DNA of 27,301 bases from a virus. Made by a program: the position numbers and the translations under genes. The stretch is taken from positions 1-27,301 of IMG/VR virus record IMGVR_UViG_3300043568_000799; one strand, given 5' to 3'. Below are positions 8,600-17,020 of this stretch, in pieces (the stretch's first letter is position 1; the number at the start of each line of letters is the position of its first letter). The notes under the pieces were generated by a model. It had not been told where the DNA came from and searched no databases. It saw only the letters and a program-made list of their open reading frames with translations.

Positions 8600-9090
8600 G
8601 CGCCCCTATAAAAATAGTCTATTCAATTTTAAGCAATGCGGCGGGGGTCACTTCGTTAGTAGGCACGCGGATAAACCCCGTTAGAATCCCGCAAGAGTCA
8701 GCATTTCCCGCGATCAGTTATAACCTTGTTTCTATTGCAGCCAACCCAACTAACTCAGGCCACAGTCGCACAGAGTTTGCAAGGGTGCAAGTGAACGTTT
8801 ATGCTACAAGCTTTGCGGATGCCATCGAGTTGAGCGGGCAAGTTAGGGCGGCCTTTGATGACGCGGTAACGCCAGATACTTATAACGATTCTTACATTCA
8901 AGTAATCGAATACGACGGCGAGAATCATACGGCGGACGATACGGCAGCCTTCGCAGGACTTTATCAAATTTCTCAGGACTATTTATTAAACTATATTTAT
9001 ACTTCGCCCGCGCCTGCTGCAGAGTCTTTTATCCTTTTGGAAAGTGGCGACTTTGTGCTTTTGGAAACTGGTGATAAAATTATAATCTAA
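8596..9090 (+). CDS. DUF3168-like tail terminator/tail-completion protein
   Basis: N-terminal pattern ...ILSNAAGVTSLVGTRINPVRIPQESAFPAISY...ARVQVNVYATSFADAIELSGQVRAAF resembles DUF3168 (GTA g8-like). The ATGA start is coupled to the preceding stop. Confidence 0.65.
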   Translation: MSAPIKIVYSILSNAAGVTSLVGTRINPVRIPQESAFPAISYNLVSIAANPTNSGHSRTEFARVQVNVYATSFADAIELSGQVRAAFDDAVTPDTYNDSYIQVIEYDGENHTADDTAAFAGLYQISQDYLLNYIYTSPAPAAESFILLESGDFVLLETGDKIII

Positions 9091-11060
9091 TGGCTAAAAG
9101 TTTAAATATTGTAATCGGGGCGGACATTGAAAAGCTGCGCGAAGGCTTTAACAAAGCCATTGCTATAGTACAAAAGAGCAGCAACCAAATGAGCGCCGAG
9201 GTTGCGAAGTCGGCTAAGTCGATGGAAGAACGTTTGGCGTCTATTGCTACGCGTAACCCAACGATGGGAAGCGTGCGGCAGTTGACTCAGTTGGCGATGG
9301 AAGCCCGGGCATTGGGTCCAGAGTTTGCCCAAGTTGCCAATGAAATAATTAAACAGGCGGGCCGAATGAAGGACAGCATTGCGGACACGCGTGCGGAGGT
9401 TGGATATTTTGCGAGCGATACACGTCGATTAGATGCGGTGCTTGGTGGAGTGCAGGCGGCGGCGGGGGCCTTTGGTGCGATGCAAGGAGCTATGCAATTA
9501 GCAGGCTTGGGCGGAAAGGATTTGCAGGAGGCTATGGTTAAGCTGCAATCTGCTATGGCAATCGTCAACGGATTGACTGCGGTAGGTAATGCCCTACAGG
9601 CAGAAAGCGCAGTGCGACAAGGACTAAGCGCAGCGGCTACTAGCATTTATACAGCAGCAACTAACGGCGCAACAGTAGCGACTAGGGCAATGAATTTAGC
9701 GTTAGCGGCAGGACCTTGGGTAATCCTAACGGCATCTATTGCAGCCGTTGGATATTTGCTAAGTAAACTTGCATCAGAAACCGCAGCAGTTGAAAAAAAT
9801 ATTGAGCGTTTAAAAGAAGCACAAAGCGAGCTGCTATCTAACGGCGAAAAGAAAATAAAAATTGAGGAGCGCCGTTTGGAGCTTGCGATTGCAACAGCAA
9901 AAGCAGAGGGCAAAAGTGAAAAGTTTATTTTAGACTTAAAACGCAAAAGCCTAGAAACTCAAAAAAAATTATACAAAAAAGCGGGCGAAGATGCCTTATT
10001 GATTTTAAATGAAAGGCGGTCCGAAGAGTTGCGTTTGGCGGGTAATGATGAGGCGGAGAAAAAAGATATTTACCAAAAGTATACAAAGGAAAGTGTACAA
10101 ATTCGTACAAGCTTAAATGAGGAATATCAAAATAAAGTGCACTCGCTCGCACTGGATGAAATTGAAGCCACTAAAGTAGTAGGTAAAGAAAAGATAAAGA
10201 TTACCAAAGCGGTTATTAAAGAGACTGAAGAACTGACCGCAAAGAATACAGGCGGCAGTTTATTGGCTCCAGTGAATCCGATTGTCAAGCAATCAATGGC
10301 CGATGTGTTGGCGGAGCTTGATAAGATCCCGCCTGTATTGGATGAGATTAGAAGCGAGCCAATGTTTCCCGACGACTTTACTGGGGCGCCTGAAATTATC
10401 GCTACAACCGTAGAGATCACCGACGCCACTATAAAGATGGAGCAAGAGCTTAAGGCAAGTGCTGAGCGAAGGGCCACGGATTTATATGTGAGTAGCGTTA
10501 AAATGGCCGAATGGGCTGCCAAATCTAAGGAGGCCGTAGATTCGGTTAATGCTGCTTTTGCCACTTTGCAAATGGAAGCGGCCGAATCCTTTGCTCAATT
10601 CATTGCAGACATTGCAACAGGTGAGCAAGACGCGGGCAAAAACTTTGGAAAGAATATGCTAGGCGCGATTGCGGGCTTTATGGATATGCTCGGTAAGGCT
10701 TTGGTAACTACTGCGATTGCAGCGGAAGCCTTCCAAAAATTATTAATATCTAACCCACTTCTCGCAGCTGCTGCGGGGGTTGCTTTGATAGCAGGTGCGG
10801 CCATCGTAAGGAGTCAATTAAAAAGTGGGCCCGATGTTCAAGCCTTTGCCGACGGTGGTATAGTTAGCGGTCCAACGCTCGGACTTATGGGAGAATATCC
10901 TGGGGCGAGTTCTAACCCTGAAGTTATAGCACCGTTGGATAAATTAAAAGGAATGTTAAAGACAAACGAGGGCAGCGGATTTGTAGCCTCTACAAGTATA
11001 CAAGGCAGGGATTTGGCAATAGTTTTGGAACGATATAACAGAGACTCTAGCAGAGGATAA
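9090..11060 (+). CDS. Tape measure protein
   Basis: 656 aa. Ala/Gly-rich hydrophobic segments are interspersed with long charged coiled coils. It sits in the canonical position after the chaperones. Confidence 0.9.
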   Translation: MAKSLNIVIGADIEKLREGFNKAIAIVQKSSNQMSAEVAKSAKSMEERLASIATRNPTMGSVRQLTQLAMEARALGPEFAQVANEIIKQAGRMKDSIADTRAEVGYFASDTRRLDAVLGGVQAAAGAFGAMQGAMQLAGLGGKDLQEAMVKLQSAMAIVNGLTAVGNALQAESAVRQGLSAAATSIYTAATNGATVATRAMNLALAAGPWVILTASIAAVGYLLSKLASETAAVEKNIERLKEAQSELLSNGEKKIKIEERRLELAIATAKAEGKSEKFILDLKRKSLETQKKLYKKAGEDALLILNERRSEELRLAGNDEAEKKDIYQKYTKESVQIRTSLNEEYQNKVHSLALDEIEATKVVGKEKIKITKAVIKETEELTAKNTGGSLLAPVNPIVKQSMADVLAELDKIPPVLDEIRSEPMFPDDFTGAPEIIATTVEITDATIKMEQELKASAERRATDLYVSSVKMAEWAAKSKEAVDSVNAAFATLQMEAAESFAQFIADIATGEQDAGKNFGKNMLGAIAGFMDMLGKALVTTAIAAEAFQKLLISNPLLAAAAGVALIAGAAIVRSQLKSGPDVQAFADGGIVSGPTLGLMGEYPGASSNPEVIAPLDKLKGMLKTNEGSGFVASTSIQGRDLAIVLERYNRDSSRG

Positions 11061-11061
11061 G

Positions 11062-13485
11062 ATGGCACGAATTTACTACGGTAGTTTTTATTCAATTACG
11101 GGCGCCCTTCACAAGGTCGAAATATGGGACGCGCCGAGCGGTTCGGGTGCAGGTGGAACGGAGTTATTACTTGCAGAAAATGGATACGAAATAGAAAGAA
11201 ATGGCGAAGGCGATACATTTTTTGAGAATCCAATCCGTTCTAGCCGCTCGACTTCTTACTGGGTAATCCCAAATAATACAGTATTGGCAGATTTTAAAAA
11301 CCTTGCCACAAATAACGAGCAGTATTGGGCGGTATTAATTTACCAAGATTCAGTACTTCAGCACGTCGGCAGAGTGGTTGCTGATCAAATGACATTTTTG
11401 CGCGAGGCAATCGAAGCAAAGCCTGTTATTTCTTTGGGTGCTGTTGATGGCTTAGAGTTGTTGGATGGATTTAAAGTAAGTTCCGATTGGTTCACAGATG
11501 GCAAATTACAAATATCGCAGCTATTTAGAAGGAGCTTAGATTTATTAAACCTAAAAGATTACTGGGTTGTAAACGGAACGCAGACGGACTACCTACGCGA
11601 CGCAGTTAGCCCCTACTCTAGCGATGCAACACGCAAAGGAATTGATTTGCTCAAGGTTGATTTAAACACGTTTGTAAGTAATTACGACGCCTTTAAGGAT
11701 TTGACCGCGAGCGATGTTAACGCTTTCCAATACGCTAGCGAAAATATGGTATCTTGTAAAGAAGCCATTGAACAGATTTGCGATATTTTGCAGTGCAGAT
11801 TTATTCACGAGCTAGGCGTTTATTGGTTGGTTTCTGCTGCCGAGTATTTAGATTCTACGGTTAGTTATCGGCAGTACAGTTATACCCTGCAATACATTGG
11901 AACGGGTACCTATACGCACGCCGTAACTTTGGGCGCAACTTCTACGCGTCCGCAATGGCAGGCTAAGCCATCAATGAGCTACCAACCTGCGGCTAAGTAT
12001 GTGCAAATAGATACAGAGCGAACTCTAAATACAGGAGTTTATAGGGCATATCAAAATAAAACCACATCGGCTTTGGGCGCCTCGTTTACTGGAATACCTA
12101 CAGGCTCGACGCCAGACGAAGCGCCAATGCGTGTAAGGTTTGCATTAAAGTTCCAAAAATTTTATTTTAGTTCACCAAGTGGATCAGAAGATGGAACTAA
12201 TGTAATTTTGCGAATTTGGCTTACAGATTCGGCTGGTAATATTAAAGTATTAGATAATACTAATTTCTTTTGGGTAACTTTTACTGGTGCCACAATACCC
12301 GGACGACGTGAAGACATAAAGACAGACCAAAATACAACGTGGACTAGCTTTGTTTTTGATAAACAAGTCAGCACAGCCCCCGCGGGATTTGACACTTTAA
12401 ACGTTGCAGTCTCTAGTGTGGAAGCTTATAAAAATCGCTTTAACATTTTAGGAGTTAAAACAGGGAATCCTGCCACCGCTGTTAAAGATTATTGGGGTGC
12501 TATACAAATCGCATTTGCAGACGCTAGCCCATACAATAACCCGGACTTTACTTTTAACATTACAGAAGTATTTAACCCAGGCACCAACAGCGCTTTAAAT
12601 TCAACGCCTATTATTTTAAATCCAAAATATTACTATTCAAATAGTAAATATGGAACGGGAAATATCTTGGCAAACAATGGCACGGCCGACGTTATTGCAG
12701 ACGATTGGTTTGGTGGTTGGGATTCAGTAACGCACGGATCACCTACAGCAATGCTAGGGCAAGGAGTTGCAGGATTGTATCGGGACTTTGTGCCAGTAAT
12801 ACAAGGCACTTGGGTAGACGCGGGAACTTTGACGGCTATTAAGTCGCTTTCTTTTGATAGCTTTAAATGGATATTTAACGGCGGAGTTTACTCTGCAATG
12901 TCTGAGCAGTGGAGCGGCGAGTGGTTGGGCTTGGTTCCAATTTATACAGGGCTAACTTCCACAGGCGAGGGCTTGCGTTTGGGTAATGGTTTAAAGGATC
13001 GCGTAAATTATCAAGATATCCAAATCGGGAAATTAAACGACGAGGTGCAGCGCACACCCGACCTAGTTTTAAGTCACTTGGTAAATGATGCAGACGGCGC
13101 ACCTACAGCAGTGCCAACACAGGACACCCAGTACGAGGTAATGGTACAGTATGATTTGGCCAACGAGCAAATGGAGTGGCACCTACAGGAACACGGCACC
13201 TTTAAAACTTACACCACAGGCACGAGCTCACTGGATACAAACTTTGAGGGGCACATTGGAAACACTGCGGGCGGTTCTGTTATTTTAAACTTGCCTGCTG
13301 TAGCTACACAGAAGGGCAAGCGTTATTACTTCGTGAAGTCGGGCGCCTCGCATACCTTCAGAATTAATGCAGCCACTGGAGAAAATATAAACGGCACAGA
13401 CCACTTCCTTTTAAATACAAACTACGACAGCCATACGATTATTTGCGACGGTACAGAGTGGTTTATTATTGCAGCTCATCCGTAA
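11062..13485 (+). CDS. Large distal tail / baseplate structural protein (function not resolved)
   Basis: 807-aa ORF directly after the tape measure. No enzymatic motif recognised. The C-terminal ~90 aa (...VILNLPAVATQKGKRYYFVKSG...DGTEWFIIA) resemble common fibre-tip domains. Confidence 0.6.
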   Translation: MARIYYGSFYSITGALHKVEIWDAPSGSGAGGTELLLAENGYEIERNGEGDTFFENPIRSSRSTSYWVIPNNTVLADFKNLATNNEQYWAVLIYQDSVLQHVGRVVADQMTFLREAIEAKPVISLGAVDGLELLDGFKVSSDWFTDGKLQISQLFRRSLDLLNLKDYWVVNGTQTDYLRDAVSPYSSDATRKGIDLLKVDLNTFVSNYDAFKDLTASDVNAFQYASENMVSCKEAIEQICDILQCRFIHELGVYWLVSAAEYLDSTVSYRQYSYTLQYIGTGTYTHAVTLGATSTRPQWQAKPSMSYQPAAKYVQIDTERTLNTGVYRAYQNKTTSALGASFTGIPTGSTPDEAPMRVRFALKFQKFYFSSPSGSEDGTNVILRIWLTDSAGNIKVLDNTNFFWVTFTGATIPGRREDIKTDQNTTWTSFVFDKQVSTAPAGFDTLNVAVSSVEAYKNRFNILGVKTGNPATAVKDYWGAIQIAFADASPYNNPDFTFNITEVFNPGTNSALNSTPIILNPKYYYSNSKYGTGNILANNGTADVIADDWFGGWDSVTHGSPTAMLGQGVAGLYRDFVPVIQGTWVDAGTLTAIKSLSFDSFKWIFNGGVYSAMSEQWSGEWLGLVPIYTGLTSTGEGLRLGNGLKDRVNYQDIQIGKLNDEVQRTPDLVLSHLVNDADGAPTAVPTQDTQYEVMVQYDLANEQMEWHLQEHGTFKTYTTGTSSLDTNFEGHIGNTAGGSVILNLPAVATQKGKRYYFVKSGASHTFRINAATGENINGTDHFLLNTNYDSHTIICDGTEWFIIAAHP

Positions 13486-13515
13486 TTTGTTAACATCCAA
13501 GGGGTGGAGTAGTTG

Positions 13516-13523
13516 TATTTTTG
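13516..13523 (+). promoter_or_regulatory. TAnnTTTG box (TATTTTTG) 4 nt upstream of the tail-fibre ATG
   Basis: Exact motif in the 42-nt gap 13486-13527. Confidence 0.35.
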
Positions 13524-13527
13524 AGAC

Positions 13528-14592
13528 ATGGCCAACCAAAAAATAAGCGAATTAACCGCCATTGCCACCATTGACAACGCGACGGATGTTCTGCCCATTG
13601 TTGACACGTCGGCAACTACTACCAAAAAGATAACGCTAACACAGGTTAAGACTAGCCTTGCGTTAAATAATGTTGACAACACAAGTGATGCAAACAAGCC
13701 TGTAAGCACGGCGCAGCAGACTGCTTTGGATGCGAAACAGGCAACGCTTGTAAGTGGTACAAATATTAAGACCATCAATTCAACTTCCATTTTGGGAAGC
13801 GGTAACATTGCCATCAGTTCGGCAGTTGCTTGGGGTGGGATTACTGGCACTTTGTCAACTCAAACCGATTTGCAAACTGCATTGGATTTGAAGGTTGACG
13901 AAAACGCTGCGATCACTGGAGCGACAAAAACCAAGATCACTTACGATGCGAAAGGTTTGGTAACTGCAGGTGCGGACTTGGCAGCAGGTGATTTGCCTAC
14001 TGGTATAGATGCTGCAAAAATTAGCACGGGATTAATCAGCAATGCAGAGTTTGATTATTTGAACGGGTTGACGGACAACATCCAAACGCAGTTCACGGGT
14101 AAGCAGGATACTTTAGTATCTGCAACCAACATCAAGACGATTGAAGGACAATCCTTGCTCGGTAGTGGTAACATTGATTTGGCAAAAGGTGATGTCGGTT
14201 TAGGCAATGTTGACAATACTTCAGATGCGAATAAACCCGTATCGACTGCAACACAAACGGCACTTGATGCAAAGACAAACAAACTTATTGTAACTAACCG
14301 ACAAACTGCATCCTATACCTTAGTGCTTGGTGATGCGGATAAATTGGTGGAGGTAAACAATGCGAGTGCAAATAACTTGACCGTGCCTTTGAATAGTTCA
14401 GTAGCATTTGCCACAGGTACACAAATACTTTTGGCTCAGTATGGAGCAGGTCAAACGACCATTGTTGCAACCAGTGGGGTGACAATTCGCAGCAATGGGG
14501 CAAAGTTAAAATTGAACGCTCAGTATAGCGGTGCAACTTTGATTAAGATTGACACTAACGAGTGGTATTTATTTGGAGATATAGCATCGTAA
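13528..14592 (+). CDS. Tail fibre protein with internal repeat motifs
   Basis: Contains NVDNTSDANKPVSTAxQTALDAK twice and TLVSxTNIKTIxxxSxLGSGNI twice. It also has a KITYDAKGLVTAG...DLP..IDAAKI motif and a conserved fibre C-terminal domain (YTLVLGDADKLVEVNNASANNLTVP...). Confidence 0.82.
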   Translation: MANQKISELTAIATIDNATDVLPIVDTSATTTKKITLTQVKTSLALNNVDNTSDANKPVSTAQQTALDAKQATLVSGTNIKTINSTSILGSGNIAISSAVAWGGITGTLSTQTDLQTALDLKVDENAAITGATKTKITYDAKGLVTAGADLAAGDLPTGIDAAKISTGLISNAEFDYLNGLTDNIQTQFTGKQDTLVSATNIKTIEGQSLLGSGNIDLAKGDVGLGNVDNTSDANKPVSTATQTALDAKTNKLIVTNRQTASYTLVLGDADKLVEVNNASANNLTVPLNSSVAFATGTQILLAQYGAGQTTIVATSGVTIRSNGAKLKLNAQYSGATLIKIDTNEWYLFGDIAS

Positions 14593-14593
14593 T

Positions 14594-15418
14594 ATGATAC
14601 TTTCAACACACGGAATATTAAGTTCAATTAGCGGAGTTGTACCGATAACTGCAACGGGTGGAACAATTACCTATTCAGGTGGTAGAACGATTCACACATT
14701 TACAAGCTCAGGTACATTTACTGTATTAACTGCTGGAGCAGCTGCAACGGTTGAAGCATTAGTTGTTGCTGGTGGCGGTGGCGGTGGTTCTTATGCTGGT
14801 GGTGGTGGTGGAGCTGGTGGATTATTATATAATGCAGCAAAATCAATATCAGTTACGGCTTATAGTATTACTATAGGTAGTGGAGGTACTGGGGCGGTTG
14901 GCAATACATCACAAGGAACAAGTGGGAATAATTCAATTTTTGATAGTTTAACGGCAATAGGTGGAGGTCGTGGTGGAATACAAACCAATGCTCCAAGTAG
15001 TGGTGGTAGTGGTGGAGGTGGCGGTAATTTAGGTGCTTATAATGGTGGTGCTGGTACAAGTGGTCAAGGTAACCGTGGAGGTAATTCTTCAACTGCTACT
15101 GATGGTGGTGCTGGTGGGGGTGGTGCTGGTGCTGTAGGTGCAAATGGAACTCAAACATATGTCGGAGGTAATGGTGGAGTAGGTTTAGCTTATTCTATAA
15201 ATGGAACTTCTACTTATTATGCTGGAGGAGGAGGTGGTAGTGCGATTACTGGTGCTGGTATTGGTGGCTTAGGTGGCGGTGGCACAGGGGCTACTCCAAG
15301 TGGTACAAATATTGGAGGCAATGGAACTGCAAATACTGGTGGTGGTGCTGGTGGTTCTTGGACTGCAATTGGTGGAAACGGTGGTTCAGGTATAGTTATA
15401 ATTTCTTATCCTACATAA
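14594..15418 (+). CDS. Glycine-rich domain protein (probable tail-fibre/receptor-binding accessory)
   Basis: The N-terminal TATGGTITYSGGRTIHTFTSSGTFTV block is followed by poly-Gly blocks (GGGGGGSYAGGGGGAGG...). Glycine codons are strongly biased to GGT. Confidence 0.72.
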   Translation: MILSTHGILSSISGVVPITATGGTITYSGGRTIHTFTSSGTFTVLTAGAAATVEALVVAGGGGGGSYAGGGGGAGGLLYNAAKSISVTAYSITIGSGGTGAVGNTSQGTSGNNSIFDSLTAIGGGRGGIQTNAPSSGGSGGGGGNLGAYNGGAGTSGQGNRGGNSSTATDGGAGGGGAGAVGANGTQTYVGGNGGVGLAYSINGTSTYYAGGGGGSAITGAGIGGLGGGGTGATPSGTNIGGNGTANTGGGAGGSWTAIGGNGGSGIVIISYPT

Positions 15419-15419
15419 T

Positions 15420-15728
15420 ATGCAAGTTGCTAAAATAGAAAATGATATAGTTTTAGAGGTAATTGTTGCCGATTCTGTACAATGGTGTATAGATACTTTT
15501 GGCGGTGAATGGGTGCGAACTTACTATAACACACAAGGCAAAAACTTTGCAGGTTTTGGGTTTATTTATTACCCTGATAAAGATAATTTTTCAGCTCCAC
15601 AACCTTTCCCAAGTTGGACGCTAGATGCTGACTGTCTTTGGCAGCCTCCAGTGCCTTATTCAAATGATGGGTGTTTATGGACTTGGGATGAAGAAACTTT
15701 AACTTGGATTAATCCTATATGTAATTAA
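15420..15728 (+). CDS. Hypothetical Trp/Pro-rich protein co-located with the glycine-rich gene
   Basis: 102-aa ORF with a TAAtATG junction on both sides. AT-rich like the preceding gene. Confidence 0.6.
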   Translation: MQVAKIENDIVLEVIVADSVQWCIDTFGGEWVRTYYNTQGKNFAGFGFIYYPDKDNFSAPQPFPSWTLDADCLWQPPVPYSNDGCLWTWDEETLTWINPICN

Positions 15729-15729
15729 T

Positions 15730-16011
15730 ATGACCGCCATAAAGAAAACCCCCTCGCCAATCCCTGTTAGCTTTGAGCAATTTCGTAAGAACCCAGTTGC
15801 TGCCGTTGCTTTTTGTATGCTGTTGGCTGTTAGTTATTTGTATGTTGACCTTCGCTCGGGCTACAAAGAACAGATTGAAAAGAGTAATCAAAAAATAGAT
15901 GCGCTTGATATTAAGATTGACCGTCTTAGTTATGCGTTAAAGAAATCCGACAGTGCACTGGCTGCCGCGATCACGGAAATACGGATAATGAATACAATGA
16001 GTAAGCTATGA
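15730..16011 (+). CDS. Small membrane protein (one TM segment plus coiled coil)
   Basis: Hydrophobic segment VAAVAFCMLLAVSYLYV followed by a charged helical tail. Confidence 0.6.
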   Translation: MTAIKKTPSPIPVSFEQFRKNPVAAVAFCMLLAVSYLYVDLRSGYKEQIEKSNQKIDALDIKIDRLSYALKKSDSALAAAITEIRIMNTMSKL

Positions 16012-16376
16012 GGGCTGCAATATTTTTAACTACTCTTCTGCTATTAGGTTGGATTTGCATACCGATTCAGGCAGTACAGCAACCGCCTTACGATGAAGTG
16101 GAGGCAATGCTTAAGAAGGTGGAAGCTAATTTGCAAACAGCCGGGCAGGCTACCAAGTTAGCGCAGACAATGAGCGCGTCACTAATTGAAAAGAAGGTTG
16201 AAGAGAAAGCAGAATTAAAGGAGGCGGTAGTAGCAGCAGAAGCTCAGACATTAAAGGCACAGGCTAAAGTTAAAAAATACGCCGTAACAATGATGTTTCT
16301 GGGCGTCGATACTGCGATGGCTGACATGGATACAATCAGTATTAACAATATGCTCAGGCTTAACGGGTTGAAATAA
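16008..16376 (+). CDS. Secreted or membrane-anchored coiled-coil protein
   Basis: N-terminal signal/anchor MRAAIFLTTLLLLGWICIPIQA followed by an Ala/Lys/Glu-rich helix. Confidence 0.6.
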   Translation: MRAAIFLTTLLLLGWICIPIQAVQQPPYDEVEAMLKKVEANLQTAGQATKLAQTMSASLIEKKVEEKAELKEAVVAAEAQTLKAQAKVKKYAVTMMFLGVDTAMADMDTISINNMLRLNGLK

Positions 16377-16498
16377 TGGCAAAGGCAAGCAAACCCACCG
16401 CATCCAGTTGGCAGCCAAAGCCTAAGCGTAAACTGCGCAGGCATACAAAGCACATCAATAAACACAAATCTAAAAAGCCCAGTGTTGGGCAGGGGTGA
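16376..16498 (+). CDS. Unlisted 40-aa highly basic ORF (MAKASKPTASSWQPKPKRKLRRHTKHINKHKSKKPSVGQG)
   Basis: My own translation. The ATG overlaps the upstream stop (TAATG) and its TGA lies 1 nt before the next ATG. It fills an otherwise empty 123-nt gap. Confidence 0.35.
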   Translation: MAKASKPTASSWQPKPKRKLRRHTKHINKHKSKKPSVGQG

Positions 16499-16499
16499 T

Positions 16500-16730
16500 A
16501 TGAAAAAACTATTAGAAATATTCAAAGGAGACAACGGCCAACTATCCAGTAAGCGCTTTGTCGGAATTATCGGCGCGTTTGTTCTATTCGGTACGATGGC
16601 ACACAATTCAATGAGCCCGCAGGACATTGCACCGAGTGCAGAATTGGTAGCGGCAGTTGAATGGGTAACTATTTTAACGCTTGGCTTTACAAGTGTAGAT
16701 AAGTTTAGCGGAAAGAAAAACGACGAATGA
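16500..16730 (+). CDS. Putative holin (two TM segments, charged C-terminus)
   Basis: TM1 FVGIIGAFVLFGTMA, TM2 LVAAVEWVTILTLGFT and tail KFSGKKNDE. I prefer the ATG at 16500 to the GTG at 16482. Confidence 0.5.
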   Translation: MKKLLEIFKGDNGQLSSKRFVGIIGAFVLFGTMAHNSMSPQDIAPSAELVAAVEWVTILTLGFTSVDKFSGKKNDE

Positions 16731-17020
16731 AAAACGGGGGCTTTTGGGCTGTCTGTTTAATTGTGTTAGCAGTTTGCCTATACACTGTTAAGAAAGTGCC
16801 TGAGAGCCCCGTTAAAATCGTTCAGATAGATAAGGAGGTTGTGTTAATGCACGACACGCTCAGGCAGATTCGGCTAAAGTATGTAGCCCTGCACGATACG
16901 CAGACCATAATAAACCAAAAATATGACACGCTTTACCTTACTCTTAATGGCGATACTTCTTGCAGCGCCACGCGTCGCCTTATCGCAATGCACCGACAGC
17001 TCGACAGTCTCGGCAAGTAA
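16727..17020 (+). CDS. i-spanin-like protein (N-terminal TM anchor plus helical periplasmic domain)
   Basis: FWAVCLIVLAVCLYTV anchor. It lies directly upstream of the wall hydrolase and overlaps the next ORF by 98 nt. Confidence 0.45.
   Translation: MKNGGFWAVCLIVLAVCLYTVKKVPESPVKIVQIDKEVVLMHDTLRQIRLKYVALHDTQTIINQKYDTLYLTLNGDTSCSATRRLIAMHRQLDSLGK

Noticed and set aside
9102-11095. Series of minus-strand ORFs (69-145 aa) antisense to the tape measure gene
   Set aside because: These are Ala/Ser/Leu-rich mirror-frame artefacts of an Ala/Glu/Lys-rich coding strand. No promoter or start context is present, and they lie inside a confidently called gene.
13669-14274. Tail-fibre repeats as template/variable repeats of a diversity-generating retroelement
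   Set aside because: There is no reverse transcriptase or accessory gene anywhere in this complete genome. The copies differ at many base types and not specifically at adenines.
14594-15418. Glycine-rich protein as a collagen-like protein
   Set aside because: The glycines occur in runs (GGGGG, GGxGG) and do not follow a sustained G-X-Y triplet periodicity.
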